This document shows positions 1-42,659 of a stretch of 64,000 bases of DNA, piece by piece. Positions within the stretch are counted from its first letter, which is position 1, and every line of letters begins with the position of its first letter. This DNA is from Macrostomum lignano. Lineage: Eukaryota. The DNA lies in assembly GCA_002269645.1 (NCBI GenBank), contig NIVC01002525.1, forward strand, positions 1 through 64,000, in the 5' to 3' direction. Made by a program: the position numbers and the translations under genes. The notes below the pieces were generated by a model that saw nothing but the letters and a program-made list of their open reading frames with translations, had not been told where the DNA came from and did no database searches.

Positions 1-409
1 ACCTGACTTTTCTAAATATGATATTTCCATACTGTATCTGAGCTACTTAAACTTCAGAAAATGTAGTGCATCACTATTATTAACAGTCCTTGTTAATGTT
101 ACTTTGTAGATATTAGCAATAGCACGTTAGATAGTTCAATATAAAAGAAAAAATAAGTCTTAATAAGCCCTTAACTTGTACAGACAATTTTTTTTAACTT
201 GACAAGTGCTGTTCCTGAGGTCAGTTCAGAATTTGCTCATCCCATTTGAGGTCAAAAATTTGTACTATAATACACAGAAGTGTGAGCTAAAAATACAAGT
301 ACGAAGTTGAACCCTGTTCTCGATAAATAAGAAAATACTTGGCTATAAATACTTGTAATGGTGCTTGAGAAAAAAGTATTTTAGAGATAAACTAACTTTA
401 AATTTGCAG

Positions 410-2735
410 GTAATCGCAATCATTCTGTGCGGCCTGGTGCAAGCCAGCGACAAGATGCAGGTTCAGTACGTCAGCATGCTGGCCAGAAGCTGCAGTGCGT
501 CTGGCACATCGGCGATTTCTGGAAATCCTGCGTCGCATCGGCAACATTCCTGGGCATGTTTCTTGGCGCCTACATTGGGGTCCGCTCGGCGACAGACATT
601 GCCGACGCTCCGTCGACGCTGTCTGCATGGGCTACGTTTCGTGTTCGGAAGCCTTACGTCACTGGCCCCAAACGTTTTATGGGTGGTACTGCTTCGGTTC
701 CTGGTTGGTACTGCTATTGGCGGCACTCTTCCACTGACTGCAGCAGTGCTCAGCGAGTTCATGACGACAAATTGTAGAGGCACAGCTTGGTTTATGTTTA
801 AGGTGACTCAGAATTTGCTCAGCTTAAAAAAATTCGAAGCAATTCCGCTGTAATCTGTTTGCGTAATCCTTGGCAGGCATTCTGGTGCGTAGGTGGCTTT
901 GTTGAAATTGGGTTGGCATGGCTTCTGTTGGAGATGACTCACGGCTGGAGATACCTGGCAACAATTTCGGCAGTACCTGTACTCTTTCTGAGCCTGTTCT
1001 GGATGATATGGCTGCCCGTGTCTCCGAGGCAGAGTCTGCTACAGGTGAAAAATGTAGCTTTTGTAGTTAAAAGTCTCTATTGCCGGCAATTCAAATATTG
1101 AAAGGAAACATAAATGCCGTATTAGTATCAACAGTGTATTTTACAGAAAAAGCGTCTGTACAGGGAATCTTTATACTGTAAAATGTTCTCAAATCTCGAC
1201 AGGTCGCATTGAAGACACTCGTCGAGCGCTGAACAAAATGGCCGACACGAATTCCCAGCCTCGTTACCATGGCGACTTCTCTGCCGCAGATCTGCAAACG
1301 AACGGAAGCGGTGGCAGCATCGCCGATCTACTCCGACCAGCCACCTTTCTGCGGCTGAGTCTGCAGCTGGCCGTGATCGCATTTGCTGTGGGTTTCGGCT
1401 ACTATGGTCTCATTCTGCTGAACGTCGAGCTTCCGCTTCTTCTTCAGGAGCGCTGCCAGGGAGCGAGCAACCAAACCGCAGCATTTCGATCAGCAGAACC
1501 CGCAGTCAGTTGCTATGGATGCAAATCTATCAACTACATTGAACTTCTGGTATGTTTAGCCATCTCGTATTTCCATTTGCTTGGTTGCATGCGATATCTA
1601 TTGAGCTGCCTCTATCAGAATTTTATTTTGAATCACATCGATTACAGCTACAAGTTTGTTGGAATTTAAGAGAGACAAACCATCAAGCCATTGTATTGAA
1701 AAAACATTAGGCACTTGATGTTGCCAGTCTTAGCTGTAGCCAAGGGTTGTAGCCTAGTGGTTCGAGCGTCGGACTCACGACGGAAAGGTCGGGGGTTCGA
1801 TTCTCGACCCACTCGGAACAATTTGCGTCCTTGAGCAAGACACTTAACTCTGCAATGCTTCAGTTCACCCAGCTGTAAAATGGGTGCCAGCATTAGCTGG
1901 GGTAATTGAGGGTGTGTAGCGACCCCCCCCCCCCAGTCCTTGGACTGAACAGCCGTACGCAGCCTTCAGGTGCGCCACGCAATAGCTGCGGCTGAGCTGT
2001 CGGTTGCACAACTGCCAACTACAGGCAGGTGTAAACAAATATTATTTTTATTATTATAAGTCTTTTAGTATAACTTCAAAAAATAGCTTTCAACGCTCCA
2101 TCCACAGATCCCGACTCTGGCAGATCTTGCTACAGCTCTCTTTAACGCTTTGGTTGTCGAACGCTTCCTCGGACGTCGCTGGACCATGTCGATTTCCTTC
2201 GGTGTCTCTTCCATCCTTGTTCCTCTGCTGGGCTTCTGCATGCACAGCGCTGCTAGAATCGCTTTGTTCTTCATCATTCGCTTCTTTATATGTACTTGCG
2301 CTACTGTAATCTGGTTGTACGTTTTAGAGGCCTATCCGACTTCGCTCCGATCAACTGCTCTGGCCTTTCTCTCGTCGTTCAGTCGAATAGCATCTATTAT
2401 AATGCCATTTGTGGCTCAGATGTTTCTCGTTCGCGTGTCGCTTTTTGGCGGGCTGTTCATCTTCTCGGGCGTTCTGGCGCTGGCAGCTGTCAGTGCCGCT
2501 CTGCTGCCTTTCGAGACAAAAAATAGACCGCTGGAGCAGACGGCTGCTCGTGATAAGGTAAATGAAAATCACTTCTGTTATGTCTAAAACAGAATACGCT
2601 GTAATGGCCATTGCTTTTTCACAGGTTGCTGTGGACTACTCCGATGAAAAAAAGCCGGTAAAGACAAAGGCTCTCGAGACAACATCCTTCCACCCGGACT
2701 ATGGAACTGTGGAAACGTCCATGAAGATTGATTGA
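410..2735 (+). CDS. SVOP: SVOP-like MFS transporter, copy 1 (5'-partial; upstream exon(s) outside window; four apparent 1-nt deletions)
   Basis: Exons 410-802, 877-1044, 1203-1549, 2108-2557 and 2625-2735 (TGA), all GT-AG. Reading across frameshifts near 483, 576, 638 and 1203 gives ...SMLAQKLQCVWHIG...FLGAYIWGPLGDRHCRR...RFLVG..LSEF...WRYL...WLPVSPR...VERFLGRRWTM...LEAYPTSLRSTA...SRIASI...LLPFETKNRPL. These are SVOP/SV2-family motifs (LGDxxGRR, ExYPTxxR, PETxxRxL). Confidence 0.85.
1743..2056 (+). mobile_element. tRNA-derived CORE-type SINE, copy A (in SVOP-1 intron)
   Basis: A box TAGCCTAGTGG and B box GGTTCGATTC. Central CCTTGAGCAAGACACTTAACTCTG...CAGTTCACCCAGCTGTAAAATGGG closely matches the MIR/CORE domain. 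(ATT)-rich tail. A second, highly similar copy lies at 44176-44481. Confidence 0.85.
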
Positions 2736-3602
2736 TCGCTTCGATATCTCTTAAATGACATCAGCTAGCGCCAGAACTATTTTTTAACTGTATTTCTGTA
2801 GCTATAAACATTGCGTATTTGAAAGTTTTTTTGCATTTTTAAGAATAACGTGAATTAGCGTGAATTCTCCATTGCTCGCAAAATTTTAACATTTTTTAGT
2901 TTCGAAGTTTTTTGTTAGTTTGTTGCATTAGACAAGTTAATATTCATTTCCAAGCTTAATAGATACGAGCGTACAACAGGGAAGTGTGTTATTAATGAAA
3001 TCGTTGTCTTGGCAGTCTCTGACCTTCTGGTTCTATTTCGTTAGCTTACGTAGTTGATGCACGAATTAACTTCCGGTCTCAATCTCTGTTTGCTGATTCA
3101 CCATTGTTATTTGAAGACTAATCTTATTTTAGAAATGAAATACCGGTACAAACTCGAAATTTAATTGATTTATCGAACGGTAATAATAGTTGAAGAACTT
3201 TTTATATATTCATATAAATGGTTTTCTGTGGTTTACTTATAAAGCGCCTTTTGTGCAGAACTTAATAACTTTTTAGACGCTTAACAAGTTGTGTGCAGTT
3301 TAAATTATAAGATTTTCTGCGTTTTAAATGCTCTGATTTTCTTGAAGTGATTCCACGTATTGCTTGCTCCCTTATACCTTTAGGGTGTTTGCATAATGCA
3401 TTGTTTTTTTTTTGTTTTTTTCGTCTTTCTCGAAACTAGCGTAAGCACTATGGTCTGTTCAATCAAAAGTTAGAACCATAAAATGCAGCCCCGAGGCCAC
3501 TCTTGAGGCCAAGTAAATGAATCTATGATGGTGTGATACTTTATTTATATTGTATAAGAAATTTTTCGCCTTTCCTTTCTTTCTTGCGATTTAATTTAAC
3601 AT

Positions 3603-3770
3603 TATTATGGAACTTTGCAGTAGTCAACATCGAATATTGTGGGCGCGCTTATTGCACTGCTCTCCGCTACTGGGCCTTATTAGTACTTGCGAACTTGGCG
3701 AGGGTTTCAGAATCGACCCCGGATGGCGCCCGAAAAAAATTATATTGACTACTAGCAAAGTTCTATAATA
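3603..3770. mobile_element. Small MITE-like inverted-repeat element
   Basis: About 28-bp imperfect inverted repeats (TATTATGGAACTTTGC-AGTAGTCAACAT vs reverse complement of the 3742-3770 end). No TSD seen. Confidence 0.4.
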
Positions 3771-4022
3771 ACTTGTCATTAACTTGATCAATGCAAGAAA
3801 ATTCCGGGTGAAAATGTAGAACTTTGTGGTCTCTATGTTAGGGATAGGCTGGGTGTTGGAGCTGAGCAGAATTCTCGCTTTCCTTTCTCTCTTCTCTTCT
3901 CTTCTTTCTTCTCGGTTTTCTATCATAGACAACCGAATTTGGCTCTAGGATATTACCAAAGAATATCGATTATACGTACATAGAATTTCAATATAGGGGT
4001 CTAAAGTGAAGCCAATTTTTGT

Positions 4023-4215
4023 CAAGGAGTTCTAAAATTAGCAATCTGGAGTGGAAACGAGTTATACATCATGAGGCCACGCAAATTTTTAGGATAAGGA
4101 GCCAGCACTGAATGTCTATGGCTCTGTCTGACTCTGTCTATGCTATAGTCTGGCCTCATGAGGTAAAAGTGAAAAACTCGATTCCACTCCAGGTTGCTAA
4201 TTATAGAAATCCTTG
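4023..4215. mobile_element. MITE-like element with CAAGG termini
   Basis: About 40-bp imperfect TIRs (CAAGGAGTTCTAAAATTAGCAATCTGGAGTGGAAACGAGTT / AACTCGATTCCACTCCAGGTTGCTAATTATAGAAATCCTTG). No TSD recognised. Confidence 0.55.
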
Positions 4216-4439
4216 CTGCCGGTACTCTACTTTTTGGCCATAGACATCGAGTTTGAGCGGGTGCAATTAAAATGCTTGCTCGTTTGCTTTTGAGACTAAT
4301 ATAACGCTTGAGAGCAGCTGAAGCTACAGTCTATGGTTGTAACCCCAGGGTTTCCGCGCTGCGGAAACATGCGCTGCGCTGCGTGTCTTACAAAATAGTT
4401 AGAAATTTATGTTTCATCCCAGTTGAACACAGATCTTTA

Positions 4440-4900
4440 AAAAAACCATAAATGGGGTTTGGACTGGAATGTCAAGTTTAATCCTAGTCAATGTGAGCAA
4501 ATAATCGTTAGTAGCAATAGAGATCCCTCTGATTTTCTACCTGTATCTTTTGCATTTTCGGACCTCATTATTTCGATTAAATTTAAATTACTTGGTGTCA
4601 TAATTGAAAATGGACTTGCACTGTCTGAGCACCTTATAACCCAAAGTAGAAAAACAGCTTCTATGCTCGACTATCTTGCTAGAGCAAAACACCTTATTCC
4701 TTCTAAATTAGACCACTACTGAAGTATTGTTCCGTTGTATGGGGATCTGCTATTGGGTCCCATCTTATTTAATCGAGCAGAAGGCTGCCAGGATAATTTG
4801 TGACCATATAACCATATAGCCTTAGGACTCGCAGAATTGTTGGTGGGCTTGCTTTGCGGAATCTGCGGGGTCAAGCCTCCAGTGAGCTTCAGCAGCTCCT
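4440..4900 (+). mobile_element. Degenerate LINE ORF2 fragment (RT C-terminal region, CR1/L2-like)
   Basis: Translation DWNVKFNPSQC...FKLLGVIIENGLALSEHL...ASMLDYLARAK...RRIVGGLAL...ASSELQQLL resembles the post-RT region of LINEs (W-x-x-x-FN-x-x-KC, YLGV-x-ID, W-x-x-HI). Contains stops and frameshifts. Confidence 0.65.
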
Positions 4901-7570
4901 TTGGGGTCCGCTGGGAGACAAATTCTGTCGTCGCTCGGTCGGCAGCGTCTGCATGGGCTTCGTCGTTTTCTACGGTTGCCTGTCGGCTCTGGCTCCCAAC
5001 GTGATCTGGGTAGTCGCGCTTCGATTCCTGGTCGGCGTTGGCGTTGGAGGCCTGCAGGCGTTGATAGCCGCAGTGCTGGGCGAGTTCTTGACCACGGATA
5101 GTCGAGGTGCAGCGTGGTTTGTGTACGTGGTTTAGGTAAGTGCGAGAGAGCTAATGTGGCGTCACCCCACCGACTTACTGCACCATTTCAGCTGATTCAA
5201 TATTTCATTCAGTAGACTCTCCAGTTAACGAATCTTGTAGTAGGCAGTCATGAAAACAGAAGCAACTGCTCACTTCCTCAACATCCAGCGTGAGAAGTTT
5301 TCCCGTTTTTGGGCGCTAGTGCACAGGCAATCCTTGTGAGAATTCTCAGGCACTCTGGTGCGTCGGCGGCTTCTTAGAAATCGGTCTGGCCTGGCTACTA
5401 CTGGAATCGACTCCTCACAGCTGGAGATACCTGGCCTCGCTAACAGCTTTAACCATGTTCCTACTGAGCCTGTTCTGGACGCTTTGGCTGCCCTTGTCTC
5501 CCAGGCAGAGTCTGTTACAGGTGAGTTCAGAAGTACAAGCGTACTAACATCAAATTCAACTAACAATATGGTATGCCTCTGCTGTCGTTGCTTCAGTTGT
5601 AAATGTTTCATGCCTTATTTGTATTACTTTGCAGGGCCAAATTTCTGAGACTCGGGACGCGCTGAACAAAATGGCCGACACAAATTCGCAACCTCGCTAC
5701 CTGGGTGAATTCGTCATTACCGATTTGCGGGCCACGGCAAAGAGCGGCAGCCTCAGGGAGCGGCTACCGGACATTTGCCCTCCGGCATTTGCCCTCCGGA
5801 CATTTGCCCTCCGGCATTTCCCCTCCGGAAATTTGCCCTCGAGGACATTTGCCCTCGGGACATTTGCCCTCCGGACATTTGCCCTCCGGACATTTGCCCT
5901 CCGGACATTTGCCCTCGGGGACATTTGCCCTCGGGGACATTTGCCCTCCGGACATTTGCCCTCCGGACATTTCCCCTCTGGAAAAGTACAGGTAAGGCTG
6001 GGGATAGGGTAGGGCGCGGGTATATATTGCTTACTAGAAAATGATGAGTTGTTGGCTGGAGAAGAACCTGATGGATGCAAGAGGCGGGAGGATGAGGTTG
6101 GTGCTGGAGGAACGACGGGTGGGTACAGGAGGAGGTGAGGTGAGTAATGTGCGAGGGGGTAAATTTGCAGAGGGCAAATGTGCGGAGGGGAAATGTCCGG
6201 AGGGCAAATGTCCGGAGCGCAAATGTCCGGAGGGCAAATGTCCCCGAGGGCAAATGTCCCCGAGGGGAAATGTCCGGAGGGCAAATGTCCGGAGGGGAAA
6301 TGTCCCGGAGGGCAAATGTCCCCGAGGGGAAATGTCCGGAGGGCAAATGTCCGGAGGGGAAATGTCCCGGAGGGCAAATGTCCGGAGGGCAAACGCCGCC
6401 GAGGGGAAGTGCCGGAGGGCAAGTGCCGGAGGGGAAGTGCCGGAGGGCAAATGTCCGGAAGCGATTTGGCACGTTTGTCATCGTAGCTGGGTGTTGCACG
6501 AGAGTGGGCACGAATCAAGATAGCAACATAGCTAGTGAGCAGAATTGGAGTCTTAAATACTGTTGCCTAATGATATTATTACATATTATTGCATTCGGAT
6601 TGGCAACATCATAATAGTGCTTTTGGCATGCAAAACTCAAGTAACAGCCTGAATCATATTTTTGCTTTTCCAATCAATGATGCCAAAATTACGTGTTGGA
6701 AACCCTTTTTTTGACCAAACAGTCATTAAAATACTTTAATACCTGCACACTGGAGCTCGTAGACTGTTTTCTGTCTAGCGGACGAATTGCAGATCCCTAC
6801 TGTTCTGTAGTGACTTAAAAAAATTTTAGTTTAGTAGGTCCGATCCGAACATGCAATAATAAAACTTTTTAAAAGCATATTTGTATAGGAGTATATTCTT
6901 AGCGTATATTTTTCTTCTATTTCTACTATCAGTAGAGCATAAAAAAAAGTCGATTTGTCCGTTTATATACGAGATATTTCTTTGTGGCGGTCTAGCCAAG
7001 CAGTAAGCACACATACTTCAGTACATATACACGATTTGCTGTAGCGTTCGATAGCTCTACTTCAACTTCTGCAACTGAAACAAAAACTGCAGCACTCAAC
7101 ACATACATTGACTAACCTATAGCTTGCCACGGCTCTCGATCTGTTGAACGTGTTGAAATTCTCTGTTGCTCTAGACGAACACACATTTTTGGTCGTATCG
7201 TTGGCTCGTCATGTCGTTTGCTCAATGTAGGGTGTTGTCTCGATCACTTGACCCTCTGGGTTGCACATCTCTGCCAGAACCCTTATTCTTCATCATCCGC
7301 TTCTTTGTGACTATACATTGTACATGTAGCTGCTTCAATTTCATCTGGCTGTGTACGATCTCGGGGCCTATCCGATTTCGCTTCGAACAACAGCCGTACA
7401 TGTAGCATTTCTCGATCGTAAAAATTCATTCGAATAGCGTCCATTCGGCTATGCTTTAATTTGTGGCTCCGATGTGCCTCGTTCGCGTGTCGCTTCTGGG
7501 CTTGCTGTTCATCTTCTCAAGGGTTTTGGAGTTTGGTAGCCGCGAGCTGCCCATCGAGACCAAGACTGCG
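4896..7570 (+). pseudogene. SVOP-like MFS transporter pseudogene, copy 2
   Basis: Exon remnants: ~4896-5129 (LWGPLGDKFCRR...; its 5' half is replaced by LINE sequence), 5350-5520 (intact), 5635-5760 (GQISETRDALNKMADTNSQPRY, cut by the foldback element, with the rest of the exon missing), and a heavily decayed ~7110-7570 homologue of exon 2108-2557. Confidence 0.8.
5761..6463. mobile_element. Foldback-type non-autonomous DNA element
   Basis: Left arm (5761-5980) consists of tandem ~15-bp GGACATTTGCCCTCC units. Right arm (6160-6463) is the same unit inverted, with a unique centre between the arms. Termini CGGCTACCGGACATTTGCCC / GGGCAAATGTCCGGAAGCG. No clear TSD. Confidence 0.8.
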
Positions 7571-8107
7571 GTTTGCTTAAGCAGATAGCATTATGTACTG
7601 TGTAGGTAATAAACGACGTCATACGTCGGTTGAACGTTGGTGTAAGGTAAAAGCTTGTACATATTTGTTGACGTCGGAAACGTCGGTCGACGAGGAGCTG
7701 GAGGGTAAAAAGTAGGAGGATGTACATTTAGAATAGTGTTTTGGTAAAACGCGTATGCATGGTTCGATTCCGTGCGCTACAACATTTTTTGGGCTTGTGC
7801 ACGGAATTGGCTGGAACTTTTACTGTATTTGTATATAGGATACATCATGGTATATGTGTACGTTTAAATCATGCATGTATATCATGTATATACAGTTTTA
7901 TACAATCCATAAGATGCAGCTAGCATGGACGACTATATACGTCGGAGTTCTACTCTTCTTCTTCTCTTCTATTCAATTCTCTCGCTTAATTAGAGGATAA
8001 AAGCTTTTGACTGATTTTTGAGTATAGTTGCATATATGGGGACGAAGAATATTTTAGGCATAAATTGTAAAAGGTTCAATAACCTATGGTTTGTAGTCTC
8101 TGGACTC

Positions 8108-8341
8108 CAGCTAGTGGCGTAGCCAGGAATTTCAATTGGGGGGGGGGCGGGTTGGCCTGGCTGGCCATGCCTTATGCCATTGCCACTTTTGGCGCCGCAG
8201 GCACTCATTTTGGCGCCGCAAGCACTCATTTTGGCGCAGCAGGCACTCACCCTGCCTCATGGTTTTTGGTACCCGCGGCCGCGCACAACCCACCCCCCGG
8301 CGATTGGGGGGCGGCCCCCCGCCCCCCTGGCTACGCCACTG
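8108..8341. mobile_element. hAT-type MITE
   Basis: TIRs (CAGCT)AGTGGCGTAGCCAGG / CTGGCTACGCCACTG. 8-bp TSD CTGGACTC at 8100-8107 and 8342-8349. Confidence 0.8.
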
Positions 8342-10239
8342 CTGGACTCCGCATAGGATCCCCAATAATTCTTAAGATTCTGAAGAGAGGGAGAAAATTA
8401 TTGCAGTACTCCTACTTTACACATTTATCGTATGTTTTTAACACATCAAATATTGTTTATTTTAAACTGAAAGCAACTGTTTCATGAATTTTTGTACAAT
8501 TAGTGTTAAGGTATGGTTTGTATATCTAATATTTATTATAGTTTCTGAAGATGGAATGTTAAGAAATTAAAAAGTCAACATTCTTAGAAACGAGTTGTGC
8601 AGCCTAAATATTTTGTCTTTTTTTCAATATTCAGTCTGACATTAGTTTATTGTACTTACTGTGATAAGCGCATTGTTTTTTATGTATTAGCCTTTGTTTA
8701 TACTTTAAATACAAGTATAGCTATATATTTTATGCCAACCTTTTAGTTTTTAAACAAAATATAAGTTTAATATGGCATTATCTTATCATTTTAATTTATC
8801 AATACGATAGACAATATCACTTCATGCAACATCGCGTTTTTCGAAATTTTATTATAATAAATTACAAATACATATTATGTCATAACTTTTGCATCTATTT
8901 ATATTGCTTAGTGTATGTTTACCCCTAATCGAGGATGGAATCTTTGCATGGCAATTCTAGAACAGACATTTGCACAAATTTTATATCAGGTTTTTCCCAA
9001 AATGTTTAAGTTTTTTGGCACTTAAATTTCATGAGCAACTTTTTTATAAGCTTTTCCATAACATTGTTTTCTTGAATACTTTAGAAGTAGTTTTTTAATT
9101 CTTTATTTTATCTTAGGCCTAATGACAAATATACCATAGTCTAGATCATGCTGCTACAAACCTGAACAAAAATTGAACAGTTACAAATGCATGCTAAAAA
9201 ATTGGGTACTTGCCTACACTCTCAAATCTAGGCTGGTATTGCAACAATAAATGATCTTTTCTTGTGCTGCAACAGTAAACAACCTTTTTTGCATTGCATA
9301 TAGGACCTTTTTGGTTGATAATTTGACTGATTATTAACCTTTCTTACTTATGCTATTTATAGCAGGAAATCAATATGCACAAAAATATGTTTAAATGCCC
9401 TATTATGACCTTAAAAACAGGAAAGCTTTAAACTTAGGCTTAAAAATAAAATTTTCAATCTTTTTTCACTTAACACTAACTCTTCTACATGATTCTATTA
9501 ATTGCATGCCAGGTGTGCACACACCTAGGTTTTTTCAGGGTTGGAAATCCAGTTTCCTGCTGGCCCTTGGGGCTCAAAATCCAGTTGCCAATGGCTATTT
9601 TTGGTTGCCCATTGGCAACTAGCTAAATTCTTGAGGATATATTCCAAGGCCATGTTTAAAAAGCAGAAATTTGTTCTCTCAACTCTAAGATTGCTATCTA
9701 TGCTGCAAACAATAACAAACTAATAATTCCATCATATAAATTTATATGGCACTTTTTTACATTTGCAAAATCATTTTTTGACATTTGCAACTGGCATAGG
9801 GAAAATGAAGTTGTTAGATTAGCCTCTGATGCCAAAAATCCAGTTGCCAACTATTTGAGAATCTTGAGATTTTCAAAGGGCCAAAAAACCTTGTTGGTCT
9901 TTTTCATTAGAGACAGTGGCCATTCACACTTTAACACACAAGCAACATTGTTATACAATTGGTGAGAGGCATTACTGTCCATTCTGACAACTCTCCTGAG
10001 TAGACAGACCCACATTTAGATATGTATATAGTCATATACATAGGCATATACTCATATAGAAGTGTACAGAGGCTGTAACTTTTTTTTATTAGAGGCAGGG
10101 GGGTTGTGTGCACCTTGGCACACTTTAAGCGACATAGGCACACAACCAGCGAGAGGCATTACTGCCCATTCCACCAACTCCCCTGAGCAGGCATACAAGC
10201 GCGCGGATACGTATGCAGGCACACACTCACACAGGGAGT

Positions 10240-10620
10240 GTACAGCGGCCCTAACTTTATATATCGTTAGGCATGTACACTTCACTGCGCCTTGGGGGGT
10301 TGGCTCTCAAGGCTGTTAATTGCACAAGCAGAGCCAAGCCAAGATTCCAATTCAGCCCCGAATTAATGTGACTGCACTTGGAATCGAGCCTGGGTCGCTG
10401 GCATACCAGAGCAGCTACACTACCACTGGGCTACGGCCCCCCTGAGGCTGTAACTTTATTTATTGTTCAACATGTACACTTTACTGTGCCTTGTGGGTTG
10501 GCCCTCAGTGGTGTTAATTGCACAAGCAGAGCCAAGTTGGATTTCAGTTTAGCCCCAAGTTAATGCAACTGCACTTAGAATCAAGTCTGGGTTGCTGTCA
10601 CACTAGACCATTACTTGGAT
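10240..10620 (-). mobile_element. Second tRNA-derived SINE-like family, two tandem decayed copies
   Basis: The minus strand from 10442 reads GGGGGCCGTAGCCCAGTGGTAG...GGCTCGATTCC (A and B boxes). The body GCACAAGCAGAGCCAAG...TGCACTT occurs twice (10320-10380 and 10520-10577). Confidence 0.55.
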
Positions 10621-11710
10621 ATGCGGCATATGCCTCCCCCCTCATGTATGGTGTTATTTATGGCATTGGCAGGTAATGATTGACAGTAAATGACCACTGG
10701 CCAAGGTAAGTTGTAAAACCAACTCTCCCACTCTTAAACAATGAAAATGCAAATGTATAACAAAGGGAACAAAGCAAGAGGGCAAAGAAGAGTGAAGGAA
10801 GGAGAAAAAAGCCAACAGAAGAGGCGATAGAAAAGCTGATAAAGGAAAAATGAAGTTTGCAACTGGACTACTGGAGCCTACAAAGTGTCAGATACACGGA
10901 TACATATGCAGACACGTGAATTTCTCATCGTCAGACTCAGAAATGAGCACACTATGTGCACTTCGAGAGGGCTCAAATCTATTGACAAACACACAGTCCC
11001 AATTTCTTTGCACTTTTATTCTTAATTCTGAATTCTTAAAAGCCAGACGACACCTTTGCAACACTTTTCTACCGGTGGACTAAATTATGAAATTTTGCAA
11101 AATGAAAAACTCCTTCTTTACTATGCCGTCTCAAATTTCAGTGTTTGTGGTAGTTTGCGCGCGCTTCTGTACATATCGTACATGTATAGTGTTCTGTCTT
11201 GCCTTTTCTTGCTTTACTTTGCAATAGAAAAAAAGTCACTTAATGAAAACGTATTAACGACGTTCTATCTACAATTGGTTTGAGTGGTTTGGGTTTGAGC
11301 AGACTGTACACTGACCGTAGGTCGGGTCTGCCTGCCTGTCTGTTGCGTGCACTGGTCTACGATTGCACAGAGGAGGCTGGCATACAGTGCGGGCATTTGT
11401 TTATTTTAACCTGCGGAGTAGCATACGCAAACGTATGACACAGGCCAATTTTCAGGCTTGCTAGGGAAGCTTGAAGTGGAAAGAGCCTCCGACTATTTTT
11501 AGACTGTAAGAAGAAGAAGATCGACTGAAAGTTGCTTTGGCAGTTTGAAATTGAACAAAATAGAAAACAGACATCGCCATTTTGTATCTAATTTGCAGCT
11601 TTATAGCGTGAAGCTGCAGTTTGAACTGAAACGCACTTAAGACTTTTACACCTCGTCCGTGACAGTGCCAACTGGTATCTGTTGGTCTGTTATTATCTTC
11701 GAGGTCGACA

Positions 11711-42220
<30,510 letters not shown>

Positions 42221-42659
42221 GACTGGAACTGGCTCGCTACAGATAGCTCTAGCTATGTTTGATTATTTATTTATCCGTAGACCTGTTTTTCGTGAACTCT
42301 GCAGCCTGTTCAGATTGCAAACTGGCTACTTGAAGTAGAATTTAGCATTTTTCTACTTATTAATTTAGCATAGAGTGGTTTAGCAACTTTCTGGTATAAT
42401 TACTAATTCACCAAATGCAGATCTTTGTGTGTCCTTTATTAGCAGAATTTTTTATTCTCATTCATTTTTATTAACATTTATTCTATCTGTTTAAGTAGAA
42501 TCTATCAACGGAAAAAACTTTATTTCAGCTGACTAAATTTTTGTGTCCTTTTGCTCATCCTATGCTTCACAATAAGGCGTTTCTGCAGTGATGTGCGATT
42601 TTTCAATAACTGAACTCAACTTCTTACAGGTGCTCAAGTTCGAAACCCTTCTCTTAACT

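Noticed and set aside
410-700. Programmed frameshifting or RNA editing in SVOP-1
   Set aside because: There are no slippery or stimulatory signals, and the paralogues have the missing bases. Sequencing error or pseudogenisation is more parsimonious.
5697-6614. Many overlapping repetitive ORFs (DICPP, GHLPS, EGKCP)
   Set aside because: All frames are open simply because the 15-bp foldback unit lacks stops. There is no coding signature.
9525-9900. Possible MITE with AAATCCAGTTGCCAA repeats
   Set aside because: Internal repeats are visible, but termini and TSD could not be defined, so there is not enough support to list it.
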